Shown here in pieces: positions 16,761-25,314 of a stretch of 64,000 nucleotides of DNA; within the stretch, counting starts at the first letter, position 1, and every line of letters starts with the position of its first letter. The position numbers and the translations under genes were made by a program. The notes beneath the pieces are model-generated. The model was not told where the DNA came from, made no database searches, and saw nothing but the letters and a program-made list of their open reading frames with translations. Source of the stretch: a bacterium (GTDB taxonomy: Bacteria > UBP18 > UBA7526); the NCBI GenBank assembly GCA_030619985.1, contig JAUXAI010000002.1:167-64166 (forward strand), written 5' to 3'.

Positions 16761-17048
16761 ATGGGACGGAGACTTTTAATACTGGGCTTAGTAGTTGCTA
16801 TTCTACTGGCTGGCTGCGCTGCGGTAACTACTAAGAAAATCCCGGCCAAGGTCTGGATCAAAGTGGGGCAAGCCAACATAAGAAGTACAGCTACAATCGA
16901 GAGTAAGATAGTTATTACTCTTAGACAAGGCGCTCGACTAAAGGTCTTGGAAGAGAGCAGAAACTGGTATAAGGTTAGACTACCCGATAAAAGAATGGGC
17001 TGGATTCACAAATCTTTGGTCACTCCAACCAAGCCCAGGCCTAAGTAA
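16761..17048 (+). CDS. SH3b-domain lipoprotein
   Basis: Lipobox LLAGC after a signal peptide. VGQANIRS...WYKV....GWIH is a bacterial SH3 pattern. Confidence 0.6.
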   Translation: MGRRLLILGLVVAILLAGCAAVTTKKIPAKVWIKVGQANIRSTATIESKIVITLRQGARLKVLEESRNWYKVRLPDKRMGWIHKSLVTPTKPRPK

Positions 17049-17206
17049 AGCGAACAGTAACGAGCAGACTCTAGAGTAATCAGTAACCAGCCCGCCGAAG
17101 GCGAGGTCTCGCCCCTTTGGGGCGGACGAACAGCCCGTCCTCCGCAGTAGCAGACTACTGCTACGGAGGATGGATAACCAGTTTTTAATTACTGTAAACT
17201 GTTAAC
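17049..17206. repeat. Composite structured spacer (CAGTAAC words plus several GC-rich hairpins)
   Basis: Hairpins cgcc-gaag-gcg, cgcccc-ttt-ggggcg and cctccgcagtagcag...ctgctacggagg, flanked by cagtaac / ttactgtaaactgttaac words. Confidence 0.7.
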
Positions 17207-17225
17207 TCCCGAATGAAATGAGGGT

Positions 17226-17501
17226 ATGATGATTATTGCTAAGGTAACTGGGGTAGTGGTGGCTACTAGGAAGAATAAGCACCTGGAAGGGTATAGGCTT
17301 TTAATTGTCCAACCACTGGATAAAAAATTAAAGCCTGAAGGGAATTCTATGATGGCTGTGGATCAGAGTTATGCCGGTTTCGGGGAGACGGTTTTAGTCA
17401 TTGATGAGGGAAATTCTGCCCGTCAGGTATTCGGCAATCCCGAGATCCCGGTGAGAACTTTTATCGCAGGAGTAATAGACCGCATCGATATTGAAAGTTA
17501 G
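17226..17501 (+). CDS. BMC-P vertex protein (EutN/CcmL family) 3
   Basis: MMIIAKVTGVVVATRK...LLIVQP...AVDQSYAGFGETVL. Confidence 0.8.
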   Translation: MMIIAKVTGVVVATRKNKHLEGYRLLIVQPLDKKLKPEGNSMMAVDQSYAGFGETVLVIDEGNSARQVFGNPEIPVRTFIAGVIDRIDIES

Positions 17502-17562
17502 TTTACAGTAACCAGCGAACAGTAACCAGCAGAAAAGAAACTGTAAACTGGTTACTGGTTAC
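17502..17562. repeat. Word-repeat inverted repeat, CAGTAAC family (near-copy of 2311-2369)
   Basis: tttacagtaaccagcgaacagtaaccagc / ctgtaaactggttactggttac. Confidence 0.8.
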
Positions 17563-17586
17563 TTCCCGAATATGAGGAGTATAGTT

Positions 17587-18417
17587 ATGGCTGAGTTCGA
17601 CGAACTAATAGATAGGATTACTAGGAATGTTATGAGGCGTCTTAGGGAAGAGGATCTTGAAGGTAAGATTAGTCTTCCTATAGCAAGCGTGAATCATATT
17701 ATCTCCGCTGGGGCAGATAGAATAGGAGCTATTCTTGGAGCAAAAACAGACGAAGAGGAGATCGCCCGCACTATTGATCATACCTATCTTAAGCCAGATG
17801 CTACAGTAGAGAAGATTACTCAGTTATGTGAAGAGGCAAAGAAGTATAACTTTGCCACCGTCTGTGTTAATCCCAACTATGTTGCCCTTTGCTCTCAGCT
17901 ATTAAAGGATACCCCAGTAAAAGTGACCTGTGTGGTAGGTTTTCCTTTAGGAGCCACGACCTCTACTGCCAAGGCCATGGAGACCAGGGATGCCATCGCC
18001 AATGGAGCGGATGAGATCGATATGGTGATGAATATCGGGGCTCTGAAGTCAAAGAATTATGATTTGGTAAAGAAGGATATTCAGGCGGTGGTTAATGCCG
18101 CCAATGGGAGGACGGTCAAGGTAATCTTAGAGACCGCATTATTAACTCAAGAAGAGAAGATAAAGGCCTGCCAGATAACCAAGGAAGCCGGAGCAGATTT
18201 CGTCAAAACGAGTACTGGCTTTGGTCCTAGTGGAGCAACGGTAGCCGATGTTGCTCTTATGCGTCGCATAGTTGGTCCCATTATGGGAGTAAAGGCCGCG
18301 GGAGGGATTCGTACCCTTGAGGATGTCCAGGCCCTGCTCAAGGCTGGAGCAACGAGGATTGGTGCCTCAGCAAGCGTAGCTATCATAAAGGGAACTCCAG
18401 CAGAAGCCGGCTACTAA
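17587..18417 (+). CDS. deoC: Deoxyribose-phosphate aldolase with N-terminal encapsulation-peptide-like helix
   Basis: [24 protein letters not shown] and [10 protein letters not shown] (Schiff-base Lys) are present, with N-terminal [18 protein letters not shown]. The start was moved to ATG 17587, downstream of the gagga in the conserved leader. Confidence 0.9.
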   Translation: MAEFDELIDRITRNVMRRLREEDLEGKISLPIASVNHIISAGADRIGAILGAKTDEEEIARTIDHTYLKPDATVEKITQLCEEAKKYNFATVCVNPNYVALCSQLLKDTPVKVTCVVGFPLGATTSTAKAMETRDAIANGADEIDMVMNIGALKSKNYDLVKKDIQAVVNAANGRTVKVILETALLTQEEKIKACQITKEAGADFVKTSTGFGPSGATVADVALMRRIVGPIMGVKAAGGIRTLEDVQALLKAGATRIGASASVAIIKGTPAEAGY

Positions 18418-18502
18418 ACACGGATAACAACACTAATACACACGGATTTATCCGTGATAATCTGTGTTCCAAATCCGTGATAATCCGCGTTGAGGAGAGT
18501 AG
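18418..18502. repeat. Word-repeat inverted repeat, CACGGAT/ATCCGTG family
   Basis: acacggataacaacactaatacacacggat / ttatccgtgataatctgtgttccaaatccgtgataatccgcg. Confidence 0.8.
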
Positions 18503-19747
18503 ATGAGAAGTTTGAAGGATGTTGATCCTGAGATCTATAAAGCGATAGAGGATGAGAAGCGAAGGGAGAAGGAATGCTTGGAGCTCATCGCTTCTGAGAA
18601 CTTTGTCTCTGATGCGGTTATGGAGGCCCAGAAATCGGTAATGACCAATAAGTATGCTGAGGGCTATCCAGGGAAGAGGTACTATGGAGGCTGTCAGTTT
18701 GTAGATGTGGCAGAGAGTTTAGCCATCGAGAGGGCGAAGGAGTTATTTGACTGTGAGTATGTCAATGTCCAGCCTCACTCCGGAACCCAGGCCAATATGG
18801 CAGTCTACTTCGCTTGTCTTGATATAGGGGATACCATGCTCTCTATGAAGCTTTCCCATGGCGGCCACCTCTCTCACGGAAGTCCAGTCAGCTTCTCTGG
18901 AAAATACTTTAATGTTGTCTTCTATGGTGTAGATAGGGAGACAGAAACCATTGACTATGATGAGGTGCTGAGGATTGCCAAGGAGTGTAAGCCGAAGCTC
19001 ATCATCTGTGGAGCGAGCGCCTACCCCCGAATCATTGACTTCGAAAAGTTTAAGAAAATTGCGGATGAGGTAGGCGCTTATCTTTTAGCAGACATCGCCC
19101 ATATTGCAGGACTGGTAGCTGCCAAGCTCCATCCTGACCCTGTTCCTCACTGTGACTTCGTTACCACCACCACCCACAAGACCCTAAGAGGCCCTCGCTC
19201 CGGGATGATCATGTGCCAGGAGAAGCATGCCAAGATGATAGATAAGATGGTTTTTCCTGGGATTCAGGGTGGGCCTTTCATGCATACCATTGCTGCCAAG
19301 GCGGTCTGCTTTGCCCAAGCCCTGAAACCAGATTTCAGGGAATATCAGAAGAGAATTATTAAGAATGCTAAAACTCTGGCAGAAGGACTAAGAGAAGAGG
19401 GCTTCAGGCTCGTCTCTGGGGGAACAGATAATCACCTAATGCTCGTTGATCTCACAGATAAGAATATTACCGGTAAGGATGCCGAGGAAGCCTTAGAAAA
19501 GGCAGGGATCGTGGTCAATAAGAATACCATTCCCTTTGAGAAGAGAAGTCCCTTCATTACCAGTGGTTTGAGGATTGGGACGCCAGCCCTAACTACCAGA
19601 GGAATGAAAGAAGATGAGATGAGACAGATTGCTAAGTGGATTGGAAAGATCTTAAAGGACATAAAGGATGAGAAAGCAATTAGTGAAGTAAAAAGCGAGG
19701 TTAAAAAGTTGTGTGATAAATTTCCCCTCTATTTAGACGCAGATTAA
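18503..19747 (+). CDS. glyA: Serine hydroxymethyltransferase
   Basis: [20 protein letters not shown] and [12 protein letters not shown] are present. The last codons (DAD-stop) lie in CGCAGAT words. Confidence 0.95.
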   Translation: MRSLKDVDPEIYKAIEDEKRREKECLELIASENFVSDAVMEAQKSVMTNKYAEGYPGKRYYGGCQFVDVAESLAIERAKELFDCEYVNVQPHSGTQANMAVYFACLDIGDTMLSMKLSHGGHLSHGSPVSFSGKYFNVVFYGVDRETETIDYDEVLRIAKECKPKLIICGASAYPRIIDFEKFKKIADEVGAYLLADIAHIAGLVAAKLHPDPVPHCDFVTTTTHKTLRGPRSGMIMCQEKHAKMIDKMVFPGIQGGPFMHTIAAKAVCFAQALKPDFREYQKRIIKNAKTLAEGLREEGFRLVSGGTDNHLMLVDLTDKNITGKDAEEALEKAGIVVNKNTIPFEKRSPFITSGLRIGTPALTTRGMKEDEMRQIAKWIGKILKDIKDEKAISEVKSEVKKLCDKFPLYLDAD

Positions 19748-19829
19748 CGCAGATGGCGAGGAGGCATACGGAAAATGGCCGCAGATGACCGCAGATTAAA
19801 ATACAGATGACAATACGAATAAATACGGT
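19736..19829. repeat. CGCAGAT-word array following glyA
   Basis: gacgcagattaacgcagatgg...ccgcagatgaccgcagattaaaatacagatgac. Paired with the ATCTGT words of the downstream leader. Confidence 0.75.
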
Positions 19830-19893
19830 TTATCTGTGATAATCTGTATCCTTTAATCTGTGCTAATCTGTGATTATAAGGAGGTTTACAAAG
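19830..19893 (+). promoter_or_regulatory. 64-nt conserved leader, copy 1 (ATCTGTG words plus TAAGGAGGTTTACAAAG)
   Basis: 63/64 identical to 40881-40944 by my count. The last 51 nt are largely shared with 54758-54808. Confidence 0.8.
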
Positions 19894-21066
19894 ATGGAAA
19901 GAGAGATGATCGCTAAGAGGATGTCCAGGATTGGAACAGAGACCGCCTTCGAGGTCTTGGCAAAGGCCAAGGCCCTGGAAAGAGAAGGAAAGGAGATTAT
20001 ACACTTACAGATTGGGGAGCCGGACTTCGATACTCCAGAGAATATCAAGGAAGCAGGGATTAGAGCGATCAGAGAGAATAAGACCCATTATGGACCCTCT
20101 GCTGGATTGTGGGAAGCAAGGGAGTGCTTTGCCAAATATATCTCAAAAACCAGAAATATCCCGGTTGATCCAGAAGAGGTGGTGGTCACTCCCGGGGGAA
20201 AGCCCATCCTATTCTTCTCCATCTTAGCCTGTATCGATGAGGGGGATGAGGTCCTATATCCCAATCCGGCTTATCCTATCTATGAATCGATGATCAACTT
20301 CGTGGGAGCCAAGGCGGTTCCTATTCCCATACAGGAGGAGAAGGGTTTTGTCTTCGATATCAAAGATCTGGAGGAGAGGATTACCAAAAAGACGAAGATG
20401 CTCGTTCTTAACTCTCCAGCCAACCCTACCAGTGGGGTCATCTCCAAGGAGGGCTTGGAAGAGATTGCCAAGGTCGCTGTGACCAATGATCTCTTGGTTC
20501 TATCTGACGAGATTTACTCTAGGATCATTTACGAAGGGGAGCATCATTCCATCGCCTCCTTTCCCGGAATGAAGGAGAGAACCATCATCTTAGAGGGCCA
20601 CTCCAAGACCTATGCCATGACTGGTTGGAGATTGGGATATGGGGTGATGAATAGAGAGATTGCAGAAAAGGTAACCAAGTTAATGACCAACTCCAACTCC
20701 TGTACCGCAACCTTCACTCAGATTGCCGGAATAGAGGCTATCAATGGGCCACAGGATGCAGTAGACAAGATGGTGGCTGAGTTCAAAAGAAGAAGGGATG
20801 TTATTGTTAAGGGCTTGAATAAGATTCCCAAGATTAGCTGTCGTAACCCCCTTGGTGCCTTCTATGTCTTCCCCAATATAAAGGAGACAGGAAAGAGATC
20901 TCAGGAATTGGCAGACTACCTTCTTAATGAAGCGGGAGTGGCAGTTCTATCCGGGACCTCTTTTGGTGAGTATGGAGAGGGCTATATTCGGCTCTCCTAT
21001 GCTACCTCCATTGAGAATATTAAAAAAGGCCTGGAAAAAATTGAGGCTGGCTTAGCTAAACTTTAG
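19894..21066 (+). CDS. Class I/II pyridoxal-phosphate aminotransferase (aspartate aminotransferase-like)
   Basis: LQIGEPDFDTP, NSPANPTG-like and HSKTYAMTGWRLGY are present. Start moved to the ATG after the taaggaggtttacaaag leader. Confidence 0.8.
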   Translation: MEREMIAKRMSRIGTETAFEVLAKAKALEREGKEIIHLQIGEPDFDTPENIKEAGIRAIRENKTHYGPSAGLWEARECFAKYISKTRNIPVDPEEVVVTPGGKPILFFSILACIDEGDEVLYPNPAYPIYESMINFVGAKAVPIPIQEEKGFVFDIKDLEERITKKTKMLVLNSPANPTSGVISKEGLEEIAKVAVTNDLLVLSDEIYSRIIYEGEHHSIASFPGMKERTIILEGHSKTYAMTGWRLGYGVMNREIAEKVTKLMTNSNSCTATFTQIAGIEAINGPQDAVDKMVAEFKRRRDVIVKGLNKIPKISCRNPLGAFYVFPNIKETGKRSQELADYLLNEAGVAVLSGTSFGEYGEGYIRLSYATSIENIKKGLEKIEAGLAKL

Positions 21067-21117
21067 ACGCCGAAACGCTAAACCCCGATTTACATCGGGA
21101 CGCAAAGGCGCAGAAAA

Positions 21118-21984
21118 ATGTATAGAATAGTGACCAAGAAGAGATTAGCACCAGAGATCACTCTATTCCAGATAAAGGCGCCCTTGATCGCTAGAAAGGC
21201 CCTGCCCGGTCAATTCGTCATCCTGAGGATCGATGAGCAGGGAGAACGGATCCCCTTGACCATCTATGAGGCGGATGGAGCCCAGGGCAGGATAACCATC
21301 ATCTTCCAGGAGGTGGGAAAGACTACCAAGAAGCTCTCTACCCTGAAGGTGGGGGATTCCCTCCCGGATCTTTTGGGCCCTTTGGGGAAACCTACCTCTA
21401 TAGAGAAGTATGGGGAGGTGCTTGCTATTGGAGGGGGCATCGGGATCATTCCCTTAGTTCCTATTGCAAGAGCGCTAAAAGAGGCTGGGAATAGGATTAC
21501 CACCATCCTGGGAGCTAGAACTAGGGATCTCATTATCTTAGAGAAAGAGATGAAGGATTTAAGCCGGGAGATCTATATCACTACTGACGATGGTTCCTAT
21601 GGTGAGGAGGGCCTGGTAACTGATGCCTTGAAGGAACTGATCGCCCAGAAGAAAAGGATGGATCAGGTCCTGGCTATAGGACCTTTGATCATGATGAAGA
21701 AGGTCTGTGAGATCACTAAAAGGGAGAAAATTCCCACTATGGTAAGCCTCAATACCATCATGGTGGATGGCACTGGGATGTGTGGAAGCTGTCGTGTACG
21801 AGTAGGAGAAGAGAATAGGTTCGTCTGCGTCCATGGTCCAGAATTCCCAGGAGAACTGGTAGATTTCGATGAGCTGTTGGCTCGGGAGAAGCGATTTGAA
21901 AGAGAAGAGAGGATAGCTTTAGAGAGATATGAGGAAGAACTTAAGGGTGAGAATGCCCAGGCAGAGGCCAGAGGAGAGGATTAA
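21118..21984 (+). CDS. NfnA/PyrK-like ferredoxin-NADP reductase-type electron-transfer subunit
   Basis: FAD/NAD-binding fold (RIPLTI, GGGIGI) with a C-terminal 2Fe-2S motif (GTGMCGSCRV...C.HGPEF). Confidence 0.7.
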   Translation: MYRIVTKKRLAPEITLFQIKAPLIARKALPGQFVILRIDEQGERIPLTIYEADGAQGRITIIFQEVGKTTKKLSTLKVGDSLPDLLGPLGKPTSIEKYGEVLAIGGGIGIIPLVPIARALKEAGNRITTILGARTRDLIILEKEMKDLSREIYITTDDGSYGEEGLVTDALKELIAQKKRMDQVLAIGPLIMMKKVCEITKREKIPTMVSLNTIMVDGTGMCGSCRVRVGEENRFVCVHGPEFPGELVDFDELLAREKRFEREERIALERYEEELKGENAQAEARGED

Positions 21985-23314
21985 GAACTTCGCAGAGGTA
22001 GCCCTGGGATATAGCGCAGAAGAAGCGAAAGAAGAGGCAAGTAGATGTCTGGGGTGTTCCCCGGCACCCTGTAAGGAGGGATGTCCGGTAGGGATAGACA
22101 TCCCGGGATTCGTCTTGCATATAAAGGAAGGAAGGTTCGATTCTGCCCTCAATCTCCTGTGGGAGAAGAATAACCTGCCCGCCATCTGTGGTCGGGTCTG
22201 CCCCCAAGAGACCCGGTGTGAGACCCTCTGTATTCTGGGCAAAAAAGGGGAACCGGTAGCCATCGGGAGACTGGAGAGGTTCGTTGCTGATTGGGGCAGG
22301 TCACAGGATTTTAAATTCCGAACCCCGAACCCCGAACTCCGAACTATGAAGGTAACGGTAGTAGGCTCTGGTCCGGCAGGGTTGACCGCAGCAGCCGACC
22401 TGGCCAACTTAGGATATAGAGTGACCATATTCGAATCTTTGCATCTTCCGGGAGGAGTGCTTAGGTATGGTATCCCGGGCTTTAGGCTGTCCAAGCGAAT
22501 TCTGGATTTCGAGATCGAGGGAATAAAGAGGCTGGGGGTAGAGATCCGGACAAATATGCTCATAGGTAAGGTATTTACTTTAGAGGATTTATTCGAACAA
22601 GGATATAAGGCCATCTTCATCGGCACTGGAGCCGGACTCCCTCGTTTTTTAAGCATCCCGGGAGAGAATCTGGCTGGGATCTATTCGGCGAATGAGTTTT
22701 TAACCCGGGTCAACCTGATGGAGGCCCACAGGTTCCCGGAGTACGACACCCCGGTTAGAAGGGGAAAGAAGGTGACGGTAATCGGGGCGGGAAATGTGGC
22801 CTTCGATGCCGCCCGGGTTGCTCGGCGCCTGGGAGCAGAAGAAGTAACCATCACCTATAGAAGAAGCGAACAGGAGATGCCTGCGCGTCGGGAAGAGATA
22901 GAGCATGCTAAGGAAGAGGGAGTGAAGATAAAACTCCTGACCTTGCCCATACGCTTTCTGGGAGATGAACGAGGATGGGTGAAAGGGATGGAGTGTACCC
23001 GAATGAGATTGGGGAAGCCCGATGAGAGCGGGAGGAGGAGACCCTTACCCATTGAAGGTTCTCAGTTTATAATGGAAGTAGATACGGTAGTGGTGGCCAT
23101 AGGCCAGGGGCCCAACCCACTGTTGCCTTCCTATACTCCGAACCTGGAGACCACTTCCAAGGGTCATATCCTGGTGGATAAGGATGGGGCCACCCCTATC
23201 CCGGGAGTCTTCGCGGGGGGGGATATAATACCGGGCGAGCCCACGGTGATCGATGCCATGGGCCATGGAAAGAGGGCCGCCCGGGCCATAGACAGATATT
23301 TGCGGCAAGGGTGA
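21953..23314 (+). CDS. NfnB/GltD-like NADPH-dependent oxidoreductase (glutamate synthase small-subunit family)
   Basis: EERIKNFAEV, Cys clusters, VTVVGSGPAGLTAAADL and GGD..PG are present. Start at 21953 (or 21929); it overlaps the end of the upstream gene. Contains the CCGAACY heptamer array. Confidence 0.8.
   Translation: MPRQRPEERIKNFAEVALGYSAEEAKEEASRCLGCSPAPCKEGCPVGIDIPGFVLHIKEGRFDSALNLLWEKNNLPAICGRVCPQETRCETLCILGKKGEPVAIGRLERFVADWGRSQDFKFRTPNPELRTMKVTVVGSGPAGLTAAADLANLGYRVTIFESLHLPGGVLRYGIPGFRLSKRILDFEIEGIKRLGVEIRTNMLIGKVFTLEDLFEQGYKAIFIGTGAGLPRFLSIPGENLAGIYSANEFLTRVNLMEAHRFPEYDTPVRRGKKVTVIGAGNVAFDAARVARRLGAEEVTITYRRSEQEMPARREEIEHAKEEGVKIKLLTLPIRFLGDERGWVKGMECTRMRLGKPDESGRRRPLPIEGSQFIMEVDTVVVAIGQGPNPLLPSYTPNLETTSKGHILVDKDGATPIPGVFAGGDIIPGEPTVIDAMGHGKRAARAIDRYLRQG
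22318..22345 (+). repeat. Intragenic heptamer tandem array (CCGAACY x4) in the nfnB-like CDS
   Basis: ccgaacc ccgaacc ccgaact ccgaact, encoding RTPNPELRT just before the GSGPAG fold. Confidence 0.9.
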
Positions 23315-23392
23315 CACGGGTAGCAAGGGGAACAAGGGTTTAATCCCCTGTTACCCTTGTAGCCCCTGTTCCCCCTGTAACCCCTGAGATAG
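23315..23392. repeat. Word-repeat inverted repeat, GACAAGGG / CCCCTGT family
   Basis: gtgacacgggtagcaaggggaacaagggt / cccctgttacccttgtagcccctgttccccctgtaacccctg. Confidence 0.8.
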
Positions 23393-23405
23393 GAGGTTTA
23401 CAAAG

Positions 23406-23459
23406 ATGGAGAAGAAGTTAACCGTGAAGGAGACTGGAAACCAAAGGAGGCGTTTATGA
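23406..23459 (+). CDS. 17-codon upstream ORF (MEKKLTVKETGNQRRRL) coupled to the next gene
   Basis: It starts exactly where the conserved leader ggaggtttacaaagATG places start codons. Its TGA overlaps ATG 23456 (tttATGA). Confidence 0.25.
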   Translation: MEKKLTVKETGNQRRRL

Positions 23460-24133
23460 ACATCGCTTATGAATTGGAGATGAAGCTCCGGCCACCTCAA
23501 AAGGAAATGCTACCTTATCCACCAAAGTTTATTACCCTGGCATCTGGAGAAAAAATGGTGATCCGGCAGGTAAAAAGAGAAGAAATTCCTTTACTTCTTG
23601 AAGTGATAGAACCTTTGATAAAGATAGAGAAGGACTTCTATGATATTGTGGCGGCCCGCTTTTATGCCGAACTGTTGGGGTTCTTCCGTTACCGGGTTCG
23701 TGATGAGTATTGCCTTGTAGGAACAATAGATGGGGTTGTCACAAGTATCTGTAATGGACGGCTTGTCAATGATGATCTGGGTATGAGTTATCACACCATG
23801 ACTATAAAGAGAGGCCTTCGCTGTGGAGCACAAATGTTCGCTGCCAAGATGGAATACCACATAGAGATCCTGAATCAGAAAGAAGTGTTTATTGTAGCCG
23901 AAAGTCCTATCGGTTTTCGAAGATGGATGATCGAATATCAACTCGTGCCCAGATTTCATGTGCAACACGAATTAGGAGGAGTTCCTACCTATATTCTGAC
24001 CAGGGATCTTTATTTCGCTGCAAAGGAGAGACTGGTTACTGGAACCCGTCCGGTGCCAAAAGGACTTTTGGAAACATCAGATACTCTCATTCTCCCTGAA
24101 GAGTATCCCCAAATACCGGGGTGGCGCAGATGA
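23456..24133 (+). CDS. Hypothetical protein (possibly GNAT-like fold)
   Basis: 225 aa with no firm motif. It is translationally coupled on both sides, by ATGA with the upstream 17-codon ORF and ATGA with the thiolase gene. Confidence 0.3.
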   Translation: MNIAYELEMKLRPPQKEMLPYPPKFITLASGEKMVIRQVKREEIPLLLEVIEPLIKIEKDFYDIVAARFYAELLGFFRYRVRDEYCLVGTIDGVVTSICNGRLVNDDLGMSYHTMTIKRGLRCGAQMFAAKMEYHIEILNQKEVFIVAESPIGFRRWMIEYQLVPRFHVQHELGGVPTYILTRDLYFAAKERLVTGTRPVPKGLLETSDTLILPEEYPQIPGWRR

Positions 24134-25311
24134 GAAAAGTGGGAGTAGTAGGAATTGGACATACCAAATTCGGCAATCTTAGTGATTATGAACTGGTCGA
24201 CATCATGGCCTATGCCTCGCTAAATGCCATGGAAGATGCTGGTATTGATGGGGGGATCGACCAGGTTATGGTGGGCAACATGGGAGCAGGTATGTTGAAT
24301 CATCAGACAGGAATTGAATCTGCTCTGGTTTCTACGCTTAATCTGGAACCGGCAATGGCTGAGTTAGTCAGCAATGGCCCGGCCTCGGGTTCATCAGCAT
24401 TCAAGATGGGCTATATGGCTATCGTCTCTGGAATGGCCGATGTGGTTCTGGTTACTGCGGGAGAGCAGATGCGAAGAATTACTGGTTGGGAAGCAACAGA
24501 TTTCGTAGCCACATTATCTCATCCCGAAGTTGAATATCCCTATGGCCTGACTTTACCAGCTTTTGCCGCCATGTTTACTAGAGCGTATATGGCTAAATAT
24601 GGTCTGACAGAAAGACAGTTATCTTTGATTTCCGTAAAAGACCATCTAAATGCAGAAAAAAATCCTTTTGCTCATGTCCAATTACCAGTAACCATGGAAG
24701 GGATTGCAGACAGTTCCCATGCTTCTGTTGTCAATTCTTACGTTTCAGAACCTTTACGCTTATATCATATGTGCCCTGTTTCAGATGGAGCAGCTTCTGT
24801 TGTGATGTGTGCTATGGATGGGGCTGCGAGATTTAAAAAGAAACCAGTACGAATTGCCGGTATTGGTTCAGCTACCGATACCCATTGCGTTCATAATAGA
24901 AAAGATCCTTTGGATTTGAAAGCTGTTCGCCTGGCCGCTGAGACGGCTTATAAAATGGCCGGTATCGGACCCAAAGATATCTCTTTTGCTGAACTTCACG
25001 ATGCTTTTGTAATTTTGGAACTTTGTCTTGCTGAAGAGGTTGGTTTCTTTAAAAAGGGTAAGGCAATCGAAGCAATTGAGAAAGGTGAAACTGAAGTTTC
25101 CGGAAGATTACCAATTAATCCTTCCGGAGGATTGAAAGCCAAAGGTCATCCTGTGGGGGCCACCGGTATTTCTCAAATATATGAACTGGTAAAGCAACTG
25201 CGAGGTGAAGCTGAGAAAGGCCGTCAGGTTAAAAATCCAAAATATGGTCTGGCGGTCAATTTTGGAGGATTTGGAAACAATGTCGTAGCTACCATTTTGG
25301 CAAAGGAGTAG
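24130..25311 (+). CDS. Thiolase-like protein (SCP-x / archaeal-type acetyl-CoA acetyltransferase family)
   Basis: VGVVGIGHTKFG, MCPVSDGAAS, ELHDAF and NPSGGLKAKGHPVGATG are present. Confidence 0.75.
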   Translation: MRKVGVVGIGHTKFGNLSDYELVDIMAYASLNAMEDAGIDGGIDQVMVGNMGAGMLNHQTGIESALVSTLNLEPAMAELVSNGPASGSSAFKMGYMAIVSGMADVVLVTAGEQMRRITGWEATDFVATLSHPEVEYPYGLTLPAFAAMFTRAYMAKYGLTERQLSLISVKDHLNAEKNPFAHVQLPVTMEGIADSSHASVVNSYVSEPLRLYHMCPVSDGAASVVMCAMDGAARFKKKPVRIAGIGSATDTHCVHNRKDPLDLKAVRLAAETAYKMAGIGPKDISFAELHDAFVILELCLAEEVGFFKKGKAIEAIEKGETEVSGRLPINPSGGLKAKGHPVGATGISQIYELVKQLRGEAEKGRQVKNPKYGLAVNFGGFGNNVVATILAKE

Positions 25312-25314
25312 TAA

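Larger units (their letters stand above)
8043..18417 (+). other. Bacterial microcompartment locus, sugar-phosphate/deoxyribose-phosphate utilisation type
   Basis: 1 BMC-H, 1 BMC-T and 3 BMC-P are interleaved with TpiA, PduL, AckA, acylating AldDH, a PduS-like protein, RpiB and DeoC. At least five proteins carry N-terminal amphipathic extensions. Confidence 0.8.

Noticed and set aside
19870-19893. The shared N-terminal extension MIIRRFTKM in ORFs 19870.. and 40921.. (with similar extensions at 8590, 4871, 47343, 57496, 54788, 41963, 39944, 29460 and 37405)
   Set aside because: The extensions are translations of the conserved leader or word repeats upstream of a well-placed SD-ATG. The identical peptide on two unrelated enzymes is a nucleotide-repeat artefact, so the starts were moved downstream.
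21919-22656. Long minus-strand ORFs (245 aa here; also 14804..15409, 38768..39226, 55783..56232, 3539..3925, 9432..9824, 26289..26690 and others)
   Set aside because: All lie antisense to + strand genes with strong family motifs. Their translations are low-complexity (Ser/Pro/Leu-rich) with no motifs or RBS. This is typical of shadow ORFs opposite purine-rich coding strands.
23456-24133. The 225-aa ORF upstream of thiolase/DUF35 as HMG-CoA synthase
   Set aside because: It is far too short and lacks the thiolase-fold Cys/His/Asn motifs. It is left as hypothetical.
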